Notes: a model not told the origin generated them from the sequence alone. 64,000 nucleotides of DNA from Candidatus Freyarchaeum deiterrae (GCA_037305845.1 CP147778.1:1024001-1088000); one strand, 5' to 3'. Positions 1 to 11,264 are shown, numbered from the stretch's first letter. Numbers and translations: made by a program.

Positions 1-74
1 TGGAAACTAAAAGTTATATAATTTTAGAGGGGTTTTTTATGTTATTCTAGGATTATATTTGATGGTGATTATCT

Positions 75-422
75 TTGGCGAGAATTACGGGCAGAATTCT
101 CAGTGTTGCTATTTTTCTAGTTTTGGTATTATTGGTTCAGATGCCACTAGTTGCTCAATCGATAAATAATATAAATTTATCAAGCGGGTACACAGAGACG
201 GGATTACAAATAATTTTGTTAATATGGTTGATTGATTCTTTCATGATTGCAATTTCTTTCGAATGGGTTTCTCTAACCATTTCAATACTACCTTTCATCT
301 TGACATTCCCGATAGCTCTAATTTACCCCACTCTAAATTCAGCTTACGGTTGGATTGTTTACGCAAATTTAGCCGTAGTTATTGTGCTAATATTCGCTAG
401 GATGATAGCTAACATAATTTGA
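75..422 (+). CDS. Small multi-pass membrane protein, unknown function
   Basis: 115 aa, about 4 hydrophobic segments, GGTGA RBS upstream of TTG. Confidence 0.65.
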   Translation: MARITGRILSVAIFLVLVLLVQMPLVAQSINNINLSSGYTETGLQIILLIWLIDSFMIAISFEWVSLTISILPFILTFPIALIYPTLNSAYGWIVYANLAVVIVLIFARMIANII

Positions 423-509
423 AAAATTCGATTAGGTGTGGTCAAAAAATTTGGTATTTAGCTAGATTTTTATAAAAAATCAGCTTTTTTCTAGTTAGGT
501 GTATGTATA

Positions 510-1583
510 TTGGAAAAAAAAGGCTTAACATACGAAGACTCGGGAGTAGACCTGTCCAAATCGAGTGAAAGCCATAAAATTATTGGTAAATTGATTGAAA
601 AAACCTTTGCATTTAGGAGTGGAAAATTTGGTGAAGTGGTGGGAGAGTACGGCCATTACGCGAATTTAATAGACATTGGTTCAGGCCGAGCATTAGCTGT
701 ACACAGCGACGGAGTGGGCACCAAAGTGTTGATTGCTCAACTAATGGACAAATACGATACCGTAGGAATCGACTGCGTGGCCATGAACGCTAACGATTTA
801 ATTTGTATTGGTGCTGAACCCTCAGCTCTTGTAGATTACTTGGCAGTCGAGAAAGCGGATCCTGAGATGATTGCGCAGATAGTTCGAGGACTTGTCAAGG
901 GAGCTGAAATGGCAGGAATGGCTATACTGGGCGGGGAAACAGCTACGATGCCTGGCGTAATAAAGGGAGCCGTTGAAGGAAGAGGATTCGATTTAGCCGC
1001 TATGAGTATTGGGATGGTTTACCAGGACAAGGTGATAACGGGCAGAGAAATCATGCCCGACGACGTGGTGATTGGTCTGCAAAGCAGCGGAATTCACTCG
1101 AATGGCTTCTCTCTAGCAAGAAAAGCGCTTCTAGACGAAGCCGGATTTAGTGTATTTGACCCTATGCCCAATTCGAATCAGAGTGTAGGTGAAGCTCTAC
1201 TTGAACCGACCAAAATTTATGTTCAGGAAATTTTAGAAATTCTGAGAAATGCGGAGGTGCACGGCCTTGCAAACATAACTGGGGGGGCGTTCTCAAAACT
1301 CAACAGAATCTGTTATGGGAAAATCGGAATGTATCTTGACCAGTTACCAGAACCTCTAACTGTTTTCGAGGCTATTAAGCAGGCGGGGAACATTGACGAC
1401 TATGAAATGTATAGAACCTTTAACATGGGAGCCGGATTTGTTGTGGTTACCCCTAAAGAAAGCTCTGAAACGGTAATATCAATCTGTAAGAAAGCCGGGA
1501 CTCGTGCCCAAATTATAGGTAAAATAGCTACAAAAAAGGGTATCAAATTGGAGATAGCTAAGGGAAAACTTTTGGAAATGTAG
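510..1583 (+). CDS. purM: Phosphoribosylformylglycinamidine cyclo-ligase (AIR synthetase)
   Basis: TYEDSGVD N-terminus, DGVGTK, GGETA, SSGIHSNGFS, RTFNMG motifs. Confidence 0.97.
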   Translation: MEKKGLTYEDSGVDLSKSSESHKIIGKLIEKTFAFRSGKFGEVVGEYGHYANLIDIGSGRALAVHSDGVGTKVLIAQLMDKYDTVGIDCVAMNANDLICIGAEPSALVDYLAVEKADPEMIAQIVRGLVKGAEMAGMAILGGETATMPGVIKGAVEGRGFDLAAMSIGMVYQDKVITGREIMPDDVVIGLQSSGIHSNGFSLARKALLDEAGFSVFDPMPNSNQSVGEALLEPTKIYVQEILEILRNAEVHGLANITGGAFSKLNRICYGKIGMYLDQLPEPLTVFEAIKQAGNIDDYEMYRTFNMGAGFVVVTPKESSETVISICKKAGTRAQIIGKIATKKGIKLEIAKGKLLEM

Positions 1584-1670
1584 ATTAAAATCTTTGAAAA
1601 GCTAAGATTTATTATAGAGTTCCACGTTTTTAAATTATTTTTAAAAGTATAGAATAAGGGTGTAGGAATA

Positions 1671-3824
1671 TTGTGTTCTAATAAAACTAGGAAAAAGTTG
1701 GCACTTCCAGAAATAGCGCCCCTAGGCGAACCTTCTGTTCGAGATTTCTTTTTCAGTATTTTCAACAGGGGATCTATTAAAATTTGGAAACGAGATGATA
1801 TTAATGGAATTATTGCCCTGTTTGCAAACAGCTTTGCCCTATTCGTACTGCTTGTTGGTCTACTTCCCACCATTTGGAGTTTACAGTTTATGCCAGCATG
1901 GTACTTCTCCGCTCTAACAGGGATATACGTAGCTCCAATGAATTTAATTGGCGTCATCAATTTTTCCGGAACACAAATCCCGGTGGCAATCCCCCAGGGT
2001 TATTCTCTGCTCCCTGATTTTCAAATATTCTTCCCTCATAAGCCGTGGGGTGTGATTTCTGCTCTCCTAGGCGCTTGTGCATTGCAAGTTCTCATAGGAA
2101 ATTTTGCTTATAGTTACTATGCGTACAAGAAAACCATGGAAACAGGAAAAACATATACCGCGCTACCCTTTGGAATAAGTGCACCCGGACTGTTTCTATT
2201 CCTAGGTGTGATAATAGGCTTCTCTCAAACGACTTTAGGCCTTGATTTATATACAGCAGTTTCTATCGCAATATTAGCTAACATTTTAAGCTCAATAGTT
2301 GAAATCATCATCGCATTTGGCTTTATAGAGCGTATAAGGAAGCATATCCCGACAGCGGGAGTATTAGGCACAATTGCAGGGATAGGTTTTGCTTGGCTCA
2401 TCCTAAATTATTTTGGGTTTATAGCCGGAGGCCCCGTCGATGGGGTTTATGGGGCCCTCAATGGTTGGCCTTATCTTTCGCCCACAATTGGATTTGTAGT
2501 ACTGTTTATTTTGTTAGTCGGAATAGTATCTCGTTTGAGACTTTTTAAGAAAATTCCCACAAATCTTTTGGCAATAGTTGTTGGATCAATCCTCGTAATT
2601 ATTAACATTTTGTGGCTTGGACGCGGTACCCCCTTTAGCGATACCTTTTTCTATTTTAGAGAGATGTGGGCCCAGATTTGGGGTGGCACTGGGCCACAAT
2701 TTTCACTCGCAGTAATTTTTGGCCAAAACATCACGAATTTTATTTATCCTCAAACCTTCACCTTTATGTTTCCCGGCCTGAGACCCGAACTTCTGGAACG
2801 AGGGTTACAGGCTCTACCAATGGTCATAGCGGTTGTTGTCCCATTCCAAATTTACGACAGTATAGAGAGCTACGCCAACAACAAATCAGCTAATCTCGAA
2901 ATTGCTCACAAGTTCGGTATAGAGGATCCGGAGATGTTACAACTTTGGTGTGATAAATATGGATATTCTGCAAAGACCACAATGCTCATAGATGGCTGCA
3001 GCAGTCTGCTCGGAACACCCTTCGGGAGCTGGGCACCCACAGTGAACTACGAAGGATCGGCAAGCTACGTTAAAATGGGAGCAGGAATTGGATACTCTTT
3101 ACTGCATGGCATCATTACTGCAGCGATAGTTTGGTTCGGAATTCTATTTCTAGTGCCTATGATTATTCCGGCAAATGTTACCGTTCCATTACTTTTGGTA
3201 ATCGGAGGCCTAATTGTTGTCCAAGCCTTTAAGGAAGTCTATGAAGAAAATAAAAAAATGGGCAGCCCAGATTTCATAATTTGGGGGGATTTATTCGCCG
3301 TAATGCTGGCTATGATTCCGCAGTTCTTCACAGTTTTAGCTCTTATGATAATCAACAATTTTAAAAACGCTTACACTGGAGCACTTATGAGCACAGCCAC
3401 ATCGCCTTACCAATTATTTTTCATAACTGTAAATATTGGAGGCATACCAATACAAATTTCCCTTAACCAGTTCCTAGGTCTCTACGGTTATCTGGTCAAT
3501 GGAACTTTTAGCTACTCAAGCGCCACTTTCGGCTGGTATGGAATCGTCTTCCTAGGACTCGGAGCAGCAACAGTAGGACTAATCTGGGGAAGTCTGGTTT
3601 CAGACCTCAACCATAGACGTTTCAGAAGAGCTTTCATATTTGCCTCTTTGGCAGCGCTACTGGCACAAATTGGAATAATTCACGCATACTCGATACCGAC
3701 ATCTCTCGAACAACTTGTTATGCAAACTCCTTGGGCATTAGCCTATCTGGCAGCTGCAATATACATACTGATACTCTGGTGGAAAACCAAGTCCAGTCCG
3801 AGTCAAAAGCTAACCGAAATTTGA
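1671..3824 (+). CDS. NCS2/AzgA-like nucleobase permease-family membrane protein (start may be TTG 1698)
   Basis: Many TM helices; YTALPFGIS, and GTPFGSWAPTVNYEG..Y.KMGAGIGYS resembling the xanthine/uracil-permease-like signature; adjacent to purM. Confidence 0.7.
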   Translation: MCSNKTRKKLALPEIAPLGEPSVRDFFFSIFNRGSIKIWKRDDINGIIALFANSFALFVLLVGLLPTIWSLQFMPAWYFSALTGIYVAPMNLIGVINFSGTQIPVAIPQGYSLLPDFQIFFPHKPWGVISALLGACALQVLIGNFAYSYYAYKKTMETGKTYTALPFGISAPGLFLFLGVIIGFSQTTLGLDLYTAVSIAILANILSSIVEIIIAFGFIERIRKHIPTAGVLGTIAGIGFAWLILNYFGFIAGGPVDGVYGALNGWPYLSPTIGFVVLFILLVGIVSRLRLFKKIPTNLLAIVVGSILVIINILWLGRGTPFSDTFFYFREMWAQIWGGTGPQFSLAVIFGQNITNFIYPQTFTFMFPGLRPELLERGLQALPMVIAVVVPFQIYDSIESYANNKSANLEIAHKFGIEDPEMLQLWCDKYGYSAKTTMLIDGCSSLLGTPFGSWAPTVNYEGSASYVKMGAGIGYSLLHGIITAAIVWFGILFLVPMIIPANVTVPLLLVIGGLIVVQAFKEVYEENKKMGSPDFIIWGDLFAVMLAMIPQFFTVLALMIINNFKNAYTGALMSTATSPYQLFFITVNIGGIPIQISLNQFLGLYGYLVNGTFSYSSATFGWYGIVFLGLGAATVGLIWGSLVSDLNHRRFRRAFIFASLAALLAQIGIIHAYSIPTSLEQLVMQTPWALAYLAAAIYILILWWKTKSSPSQKLTEI

Positions 3825-4013
3825 TGCCTCTCTTAATTTAGTTATTTATTTTTAATAGCTAAATCGTGATGGACAGCAAACTTTAGTAAATACAAAAACT
3901 AGATAATAGACCCAGATTTATTTCCAAGAGGTTATCCCTCTACTTATGGAAAAAAATTCAATAACAATTAAGTATTAACTATTTTTTAAGCTAAACACTA
4001 GGAGACTCGCATC

Positions 4014-4670
4014 ATGATAAGCAAAATTAAATCAATTATTTTTGATCTAGATGGCACACTCTTGGATGTACCTGATGGAGATTTTTTTGATCAGTTGCTT
4101 GTGGATTCAATTATAGAAGTTGGATGTAAACTGCCCAGTCGAGAACAAAGGGATCTGTTATGGGATAGCGGGAAGGATTATCAGAAGATTTTAAAATCTT
4201 GGGGGGTTCAAAATCTGGAGGAGTTTTGGAAAGTATTTGATAGAAGGGATTTAGAAGCACGCCAAAAGCTTATAGATATAAGCGAAATCAAGCCATACGA
4301 CGATATTGTAGTTCTGGAGGATTTGGTGAAAGAATTTTCTTTAGGACTAGTTACGAATACTCCAGTTAAGCTAGCACTTTTGGAATTAGATTCTTTCGAC
4401 TTGACCAAGTATTTTAATTCCATCATTGCCCTAGGAACCGTGGAACAAAAAAATGCAAAACCAGAAGCCTACGGAATTCTCAAATGTATCAAAGAATTGA
4501 ACAGCACACCTAAAGTGTCACTAGTAGTGGGAGACAGGAATGCTGATATAATTGCTGGAGCAAGAGCAGGTGCTTCAACAGCCCTGATAATACGTTCGAA
4601 AATCAAAACGACGGCTAAAGCCGACTTTATATTAAATAATCTTTATGAGCTTATCGGAATCTTAAAATAA
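4014..4670 (+). CDS. HAD-superfamily hydrolase (phosphoglycolate phosphatase-like)
   Basis: FDLDGTL motif I, VTN, KP, GDRNAD motif IV. Confidence 0.9.
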   Translation: MISKIKSIIFDLDGTLLDVPDGDFFDQLLVDSIIEVGCKLPSREQRDLLWDSGKDYQKILKSWGVQNLEEFWKVFDRRDLEARQKLIDISEIKPYDDIVVLEDLVKEFSLGLVTNTPVKLALLELDSFDLTKYFNSIIALGTVEQKNAKPEAYGILKCIKELNSTPKVSLVVGDRNADIIAGARAGASTALIIRSKIKTTAKADFILNNLYELIGILK

Positions 4671-4898
4671 TTTCCAAATTCAAAATTCTATCAGTGTAGG
4701 ATAGCCTTGAAACAATTTTTTAAATTATTTTATCAATTTTTCTAAATTAGATTAATCCAAATTTATTGCAAAATACCCAAATTGCGAAAATCACAGCAAG
4801 AATATGCTTTTAATGCATATTTCTCAACATCTAACACAATATTTATTAGTGTATTTGGCGCCAATTATAAGTGATGCGGTTAATCCAGGTGGAAAGCT

Positions 4899-5411
4899 AT
4901 GATTCATAATTTCTATTTATTAAAGAAGAGTGGAGAATGCGTGGTTCACCGTAAGTACGGTAGCCTGGAAACCGATGAGAATTTGGTAACAGGGTTTTTA
5001 AGCGCTATGTTTTCTTTTGGTAGGAATATAAGCGGTTGCAATATTGAAAGTGTGCTAATGGACGATAAAAAATTCATATACGTAATAAACGGTGACGTTA
5101 TACTTGCGGCTTATACGGACAGAGATGATGTGGTAAAAGAAAAACTCGAATTATTAAGCAATGAATTTTCAACGCGTTATGGTAATTTGGAAAATTGGGA
5201 TGGAGACCGCGACAAATTTGCAGAATTTCTGCCAAAACTAGATGAGGTTTTGGGCTGCACAGGTGAGGAAGCTTCTGATGATTTTGTTGGCAAAATGATG
5301 AATGATATTCAAACTGTTATTCAAACTGGAAAGGGATCATCAAGAATAAAAGACTCCGTGGACGATTTGGTCCAGCATTACAAAGAACAGTATAAAAAAA
5401 TCAATCAATGA
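4899..5411 (+). CDS. Longin-like domain protein (eukaryotic signature-type)
   Basis: MIHNFYLLKKSGECVVHRKYG...LVTGFLSAMFSFG pattern typical of longin/profilin-like folds in Asgard archaea. Confidence 0.75.
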   Translation: MIHNFYLLKKSGECVVHRKYGSLETDENLVTGFLSAMFSFGRNISGCNIESVLMDDKKFIYVINGDVILAAYTDRDDVVKEKLELLSNEFSTRYGNLENWDGDRDKFAEFLPKLDEVLGCTGEEASDDFVGKMMNDIQTVIQTGKGSSRIKDSVDDLVQHYKEQYKKINQ

Positions 5412-5465
5412 AATATCGAGTCAAAAATGATTTACTGTTTTTGTGTTCTTTCAACAATCATGTAA

Positions 5466-6659
5466 TTAAATCTTGTTTTCTCTAAGTTCGTGGTATATTT
5501 GTTTGGATATTCTTTTCGATTTTAGTAAAGCATTGTTTTGAGTGGATTCGAGGATTTGAATCGTACAAACAGGGGTTCCTTTTTTTACAAAGGTTCTTGG
5601 TTTGGTGATATCAAAGACTTCGGGGATGGTAATTTCAGGCATTATAAAGTCATGTTTTGCGTACAAAATGTTTTTCACAGCATATCCCTTGTTTGTGTGA
5701 ATTTCTTTGGGGAGTATTCCATTGCATGCCTTTATGTGCGTTTCAACCATATTTAATCCAGATACCATTTCCACGCACTCTAGTGTTCCTTGAAAACGGG
5801 GATTTATTTCCATTAAGTATGGTTCATCCTTATGAATAACAAAGTCTATTCCATTTGAGCCCTTTAGATTTAGTAACTCGCAAAGTGCTTCGGAGCATGA
5901 TTTTATTTTATCGCAGATTTGTTTTTCGGCTGTTAGTGGCACAATGTTTCCACAATAGATAAAATCTTTCGCGCCTAGCTCAGGAATACCAATTAATTGT
6001 TCGTTGACTGAGACTGCCAATGCTGATTTACCGCTTGAGAGAAGAGCACAACTGGCATCTTTTCCCTTGACGTATTCCTGAATCATTATTTTTCTTTGGT
6101 TTGACAATAGTTGAAATATTTTTTCTACTTCATTTAGATTCTTCGCCAAATGGATTCCATGTCCACCTCCACCCTTTGTTGGTCTTATTATTACTGGTGG
6201 ACCAATTGATTTTGCTGCCTCTCTGGCGTCTTCTAAATCTTTTGCGATAATTGAATTTGGGGAATGAATATCCAATTTTTTTGCTTCACTAAAAAGCTTC
6301 ATTTTGTCTCTCGATTTTCTGAGAGTTTTCGGATTGTTACCGATTACTGGTGCTATTTTGTTGAGGTTTTCCCAGAATTTGGGTTGATCATCAAAACCGC
6401 TGCCAATTAGAATGAAATCGATTTGATTTTTTTCTTTTAATTTTTGGGCAAGTTCGAAAAAAAGATTTGTGTAATTTTTTTCGGTTTTTTCTTCTTTGAG
6501 CGATTCGCTTACAACTAAGACTTTATCCGTGTATTTGTAGATATCAGTATCTCCCCAGTAGTCCACTGCTAGAACATTTAGTCCTAATTTTTTTGCAGAA
6601 GCAGCTATGGGTCTAGCATTAAATCCTAATACAAGAACGGTGGTGCCCTTTTCAAGCAC
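5466..6659 (-). CDS. ATP-grasp domain protein (archaeal, C1-transfer-associated-like family)
   Basis: GGGGHG loop, IQEYVKG, NGIDF, EINPRFQG. Confidence 0.85.
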   Translation of the reverse strand: MLEKGTTVLVLGFNARPIAASAKKLGLNVLAVDYWGDTDIYKYTDKVLVVSESLKEEKTEKNYTNLFFELAQKLKEKNQIDFILIGSGFDDQPKFWENLNKIAPVIGNNPKTLRKSRDKMKLFSEAKKLDIHSPNSIIAKDLEDAREAAKSIGPPVIIRPTKGGGGHGIHLAKNLNEVEKIFQLLSNQRKIMIQEYVKGKDASCALLSSGKSALAVSVNEQLIGIPELGAKDFIYCGNIVPLTAEKQICDKIKSCSEALCELLNLKGSNGIDFVIHKDEPYLMEINPRFQGTLECVEMVSGLNMVETHIKACNGILPKEIHTNKGYAVKNILYAKHDFIMPEITIPEVFDITKPRTFVKKGTPVCTIQILESTQNNALLKSKRISKQIYHELRENKI

Positions 6660-6688
6660 GGCTAAACAGAACCCTCCAAACGAATAAT

Positions 6689-7420
6689 TTACGTTTCACT
6701 TTCTCTTACAGCCTCTTTAAGCTTTGTTATAATGTCTTTTACTTTAACCTTTTTTGGCATCGCGACCGCCAGTAACCTGTCGTTATCGATTTGCAGTGTA
6801 ATTACCATACCTTCCCTACCGGAAATGACAGAGTAATCACTGTTATCATTAGAAATCATATTACTACTTATCGCGAATATAGCGCTAATCATTCCTGAGA
6901 GAGATACTCCTTCTTCTGCGGGGTGCACCATCAGAGGTATCCCCTCTTTGGTAAGAATAGCGATTGCTGTGGCTTCAGGTATTGCATTTTTAACATTTAA
7001 AAATAAACCTTTTTTAGGATATTCTGCTAGTTCTATTATCTCTGCCATTTTGTAGGAAACATTCTGAATTTTGGAAATATAATTTTCAATACCTTTGCTT
7101 TCCGCCTTCTCTCTGTCGAGTAGCGCTGAAAGGACCATGTCGGAGGTAACAGCTAAGGTTATGATCAAATTGTTCTGGGTAAAGGAAAGAATATAATCTG
7201 GAGTCTGGTCTAGCAGTTTCTGAATCATCTGAGATGAAATAGCTAGTAAAGTAGCGCTACTAGCGGCCAGCTTATTCTTATTAATTGATTCGTCTAAGAT
7301 CACCATGGACTCTGACCTCCCCTCCTTACTAATCAGGATTATACCTTTTATGACTTTGTCTTTAACTATTTCTTCTAATATTTTAGATAATTCATTGACA
7401 GGCTCCATTTTAACCACCAT
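6689..7420 (-). CDS. Tandem Roadblock/LC7 domain protein
   Basis: Two repeats of the Roadblock pattern (ILISKEG...LAASSATLL; ILTKEGIP...LSGMISAIF). Confidence 0.75.
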   Translation of the reverse strand: MVVKMEPVNELSKILEEIVKDKVIKGIILISKEGRSESMVILDESINKNKLAASSATLLAISSQMIQKLLDQTPDYILSFTQNNLIITLAVTSDMVLSALLDREKAESKGIENYISKIQNVSYKMAEIIELAEYPKKGLFLNVKNAIPEATAIAILTKEGIPLMVHPAEEGVSLSGMISAIFAISSNMISNDNSDYSVISGREGMVITLQIDNDRLLAVAMPKKVKVKDIITKLKEAVRESET

Positions 7421-7647
7421 TTCCTATCTGTGAAAGTAATAACATTCTTATATTTCGAAAAATGGTATATTTTCAACAGCAAATTTCGCTTTCCCTTGTC
7501 TTTTTCATTTGTTGTATGTGTCATATTAAGGAATTTTACTTTTAAAAATGTTAGGTATATTGAAATAATTGGTAACTGTTTTTTACATAATACCTAAAGG
7601 GATTTTACTATGAAAATTAAAAAATCAATGTAATTGGCGAAAATTTC

Positions 7648-8400
7648 TTGGTGATTTTTTTGAGAGTGACCTTTTTAGGAACTGCGGGAAGTATGATTAC
7701 AAAAACTCGAACCAACTCAGCTGTACTAATTGATGAGGATCTGCTTATAGATTGTGGAGAAGGAACTACTCAAAAACTTCTTTCGATTTTGGGAGATTTA
7801 TCTAAAATAGATAATATTTTGATTTCACATGGACACGCGGATCATATCAATGGTATAATTTCACTCGTGTGGGGTATGTGGCTGGAAAATAGAAGAAGCA
7901 AAGAACTCACAATAACAGGTCCAGAATACATAGAAAACCAAGTAACATCCTTATTGAGATTAGAGCATACTCCACTTGATAGGCTAACCTTTAAAATAAA
8001 TTATAATGTTAATCCCAATTTTTTTGAAAATATTCGTATCAAAACTACGGTTCACGATCCTACGAATTACGCTTATCGTATAGAGAGAATGGGTAAAAGC
8101 ATCTGTTACACAGGGGATACCGGGCCTTTTAGAGATTTGGTAGAGATAGCTGCAGATTGTGATTTACTTATCCATGAGGCGACGTTTCAAGATGAACTTT
8201 CAGATCTGGCTCATACGCTGAATCATAGTACTCCTAGTGATGCGGGGCTATTAGCTTCTGCGGCTAACGCTAAAATTTTGGCGCTAGTTCACTGGCCGGG
8301 CATTTTCGAGGGAAATGAATCCGTCCTCATCGACCAAGCTAGAAAAACTTTCAAAGGGCAAATTATTTTGGCGAAGGATTTAGACGTTTTAGAGTTGTAA
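7648..8400 (+). CDS. RNase Z-like metallo-beta-lactamase
   Basis: FLGTAG, DCGEG, HGHADH, YTGDT, HEATF, HST motifs. Confidence 0.85.
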   Translation: MVIFLRVTFLGTAGSMITKTRTNSAVLIDEDLLIDCGEGTTQKLLSILGDLSKIDNILISHGHADHINGIISLVWGMWLENRRSKELTITGPEYIENQVTSLLRLEHTPLDRLTFKINYNVNPNFFENIRIKTTVHDPTNYAYRIERMGKSICYTGDTGPFRDLVEIAADCDLLIHEATFQDELSDLAHTLNHSTPSDAGLLASAANAKILALVHWPGIFEGNESVLIDQARKTFKGQIILAKDLDVLEL

Positions 8401-8470
8401 TCAAATTTCTTCAAGTTATTTAACAGGTATTAATAAAAATTTGATTAAAAATAGTTAAAATCATAAGACT

Positions 8471-8539
8471 TCGCAAAATATTTAAGGTCTTTTTGCGATA
8501 TTTAACTTAGACAATGTATATTTTGTTGTAATACTACAA
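8471..8539 (+). promoter_or_regulatory. Promoter/operator region of the Lrp gene
   Basis: Inverted repeat TCGCAAAA(8471-78)/TTTTGCGA(8491-98) enclosing TATTTAAG; second palindrome TTGTA-ATAC-TACAA at 8526-8539. Confidence 0.45.
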
Positions 8540-8583
8540 ATATTTTAAGAAAAAAATAGTCTTTTATAAGTGAGGCGTCAATT

Positions 8584-9033
8584 TTGACAGTCAAGGATGT
8601 TGATAGAAAAATATTAAAACTCCTTCAGGAGGACTCCCGAAGACCATTCAGGAAGATTGCCACAGACCTAAACATTTCCGAACCTACACTATACAGCCGA
8701 GTTAAAAAACTTCAGGAAGACATGGTTATCGAAAGTTTTACAACCATAATTAATCCCGATGCTGTTGGTTTCCCATACTTAGCTTTTATTATGTTAACAG
8801 TGGAACCATCAAAGGAAGAAGAAATCATTAATAAATTATCGGCTTTTCCAGAAATTCTGGAATTGCACCTCATATTCGGCGAAAAAAATATTCTCCTGAA
8901 AATTCGGTGTCAGGATATTACCTCTGTAAGGAATTTTATCACAAATAAACTAAGAGCAATAAGTGGAATATCGAAAGTCGAAAGTTACCTTTCAATAAAG
9001 ACCAAAAAAGAAACCCACATGATACCCATTTAG
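8584..9033 (+). CDS. Lrp/AsnC family transcriptional regulator
   Basis: DRKILKLLQEDSRRPFRKIA HTH plus C-terminal RAM domain. Confidence 0.95.
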   Translation: MTVKDVDRKILKLLQEDSRRPFRKIATDLNISEPTLYSRVKKLQEDMVIESFTTIINPDAVGFPYLAFIMLTVEPSKEEEIINKLSAFPEILELHLIFGEKNILLKIRCQDITSVRNFITNKLRAISGISKVESYLSIKTKKETHMIPI

Positions 9034-9306
9034 TACCTTCTTCTCAATACTTCTATATTTATTCTGAAAAAAAAATGTGGAAAATAGTAATTTTTCTCAA
9101 AATAGGTTTTTAAATCGTATTATTACTCTAGAATCATCTAATGTTAATTAGGATAAGGTTGAAGAGCATCCTTAAAAATTTTTAAAAATCCGGGAATTTT
9201 TCCAAAAAACGAATTTATAATAAATTGTATAAATATCCTAAAAGAGTATAACAGCAGAAAATTAGAAATATAACTCTTGTAAATTAGATTTGCGGGAGTT
9301 GGTTTT

Positions 9307-10266
9307 GTGGTTGCTGATGAAGTTATTCGGATTTCGAGAGACATAAAAGATATGCGAATAAGAGGAGCAGGAGAAATTGCTAGGGCAGCTGTAGAAACTC
9401 TGGGAATAACCGTTAAGAATTCAAAAGCGAATAATGTTCAAGAACTCTTGGAAGAATTGAGAAAGACTGCTCAGTTAGTTATTAACACTCGTCCAACTGC
9501 AGTTTCTCTTCCTAATGGGATTCGATATGTTTCTAAAAAAGTGAATGATGAGCTAAAGCGAAACCCTACTTTAGAAGAATTAAAAGAAATCGTGGAAAAG
9601 GTGGTAAAAGATTTCATAGTGAACTCGCAAAGAGCTGTTACACGTATTGGTGAAATAGGATCAAAAAGAATAAGGAAAGGAGATGTGTTAATAACTCATT
9701 GTAATAGCTCTGCGGCCTTAGCAGTTATTTTGAATGCTGCCAAACAAAATAAGGATATTAAGGTTTTTGCAACAGAGACCAGGCCTAAATTTCAGGGTCA
9801 CATTACAACCCAAATTCTAAGAGATGCTGGAATAGACGTAACTCTCATAATAGATGATGCGGTTCGACTCTACATGAATAAGATAGATACCGCAATTGTG
9901 GGTGCCGACGCCATTTCTTCAAACGGGGCCTTGGTAAATAAGATTGGTACGTCCACCCTCGCTTTAGTGGCTAAGGAATCTAGAACACTGTTTTTTGTTG
10001 CCGCCGAAACTTACAAATTTAGTTCTGAAACTATGATAGGTGAGCTTATTGAGATAGAGGAGAGGGATATAGAAGAGGTGATTGACAGAGAAGAGTTGGA
10101 AAAAATTGGAAATCCCAGAGTTTTAAATCCTGCATTCGACGTTACTCCGCCACAGTACATAGACCTTATTATTACTGAGAGAGGAATAATTCCACCTCAG
10201 GCTGCGTTTACTATACTTCAGGAGGAATTCGGCTGGCTAGGTGGAGAAAAGGAACATCTTTTTTAG
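9307..10266 (+). CDS. Ribose-1,5-bisphosphate isomerase (eIF2B alpha/beta/delta-like family)
   Basis: MRIRGAG, TRPTAVSL, THCNS, ETRP, GADAI, NKIGT, NPAFDVTP. Confidence 0.9.
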   Translation: MVADEVIRISRDIKDMRIRGAGEIARAAVETLGITVKNSKANNVQELLEELRKTAQLVINTRPTAVSLPNGIRYVSKKVNDELKRNPTLEELKEIVEKVVKDFIVNSQRAVTRIGEIGSKRIRKGDVLITHCNSSAALAVILNAAKQNKDIKVFATETRPKFQGHITTQILRDAGIDVTLIIDDAVRLYMNKIDTAIVGADAISSNGALVNKIGTSTLALVAKESRTLFFVAAETYKFSSETMIGELIEIEERDIEEVIDREELEKIGNPRVLNPAFDVTPPQYIDLIITERGIIPPQAAFTILQEEFGWLGGEKEHLF

Positions 10267-10475
10267 AAGGTATATTCAAAATCATAAATTTAATTGATCT
10301 TAAAGAGCTTGTTGAAGCATTTGCACTACAGAAAGCAAAAATTTTTAAATGACTATTAAGATTTGTCTATGAATCCCTTAATCAAGAATTAGGTTAAGAA
10401 AAATGTTTTAATCTAGTTGTAATTAATCTTTAAAGCTGCTGGATATAAACTACAAACTCAAAAGAAGGTACCGCA

Positions 10476-11258
10476 ATGACAAAAACGAAAGTTTGGGATT
10501 ACCTGATGAATATCATTAATAATGATTTAGCTGTCCATCTAACATTGATAGACCCTGATCCGATAAAGCAAACAGCTCAGGAGGCGGGTATTATTGCTAA
10601 GTATGCTGCTAAGGCTGGAACAGACGCATTTATGGTAGGAGGGTCAACCGCTTTCGGGATTTTGGATGATACAATTAAAGAAATAAAAGAACAAACAGAG
10701 TTACCTGTAATACTTTTTCCAGGATCTGTTGCTGGAATTTCTAAACACGCAGACGCTATTTTTTTTATGAGCGTTTTGAACTCAAGAAGCCCGTACTATA
10801 TTATTAGAGCTCAATTAATTGGGGCTAGGGCTGTTAGAGAGTTTGACATTGAGCCGATAGGTATGGCGTATTTAATTTTAGAGCCTGGCGGCACCGCTGG
10901 TTATATGAGTGAAGCACAGCTCATCCCGCGCAATAAAACTCATATAGCAGCCGCATATGCTTTGGCAGCCAATTACATTGGTTTTAAGTTGGTTTACTTG
11001 GAGGCGGGGTCAGGGGCAGAACACGAAGCACCATTGGAAATGATTAAAACCGTTTCCTCCCTTATTGATATACCCCTGATAGTAGGTGGCGGTATCGAGA
11101 ATGCTGAGCAGGCGATCGCTTTTGTGAATGCTGGTGCTGATATGTTGGTTCAAGGAACATTTGTGGAAAAAACTGTTTTAAAGGATAAGGGAGCAGGACT
11201 AGCGAAAATAATCTCAGCGATAAAGAAAGAAACAAGAGCTAAAAGTTTAAATAAGTAG
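10476..11258 (+). CDS. Geranylgeranylglyceryl phosphate synthase (GGGPS, group II-like)
   Basis: LIDPD, MVGGST, ILFPG, YLEAGSGA, LIVGGGI. Confidence 0.93.
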   Translation: MTKTKVWDYLMNIINNDLAVHLTLIDPDPIKQTAQEAGIIAKYAAKAGTDAFMVGGSTAFGILDDTIKEIKEQTELPVILFPGSVAGISKHADAIFFMSVLNSRSPYYIIRAQLIGARAVREFDIEPIGMAYLILEPGGTAGYMSEAQLIPRNKTHIAAAYALAANYIGFKLVYLEAGSGAEHEAPLEMIKTVSSLIDIPLIVGGGIENAEQAIAFVNAGADMLVQGTFVEKTVLKDKGAGLAKIISAIKKETRAKSLNK

Positions 11259-11264
11259 CAAAAA

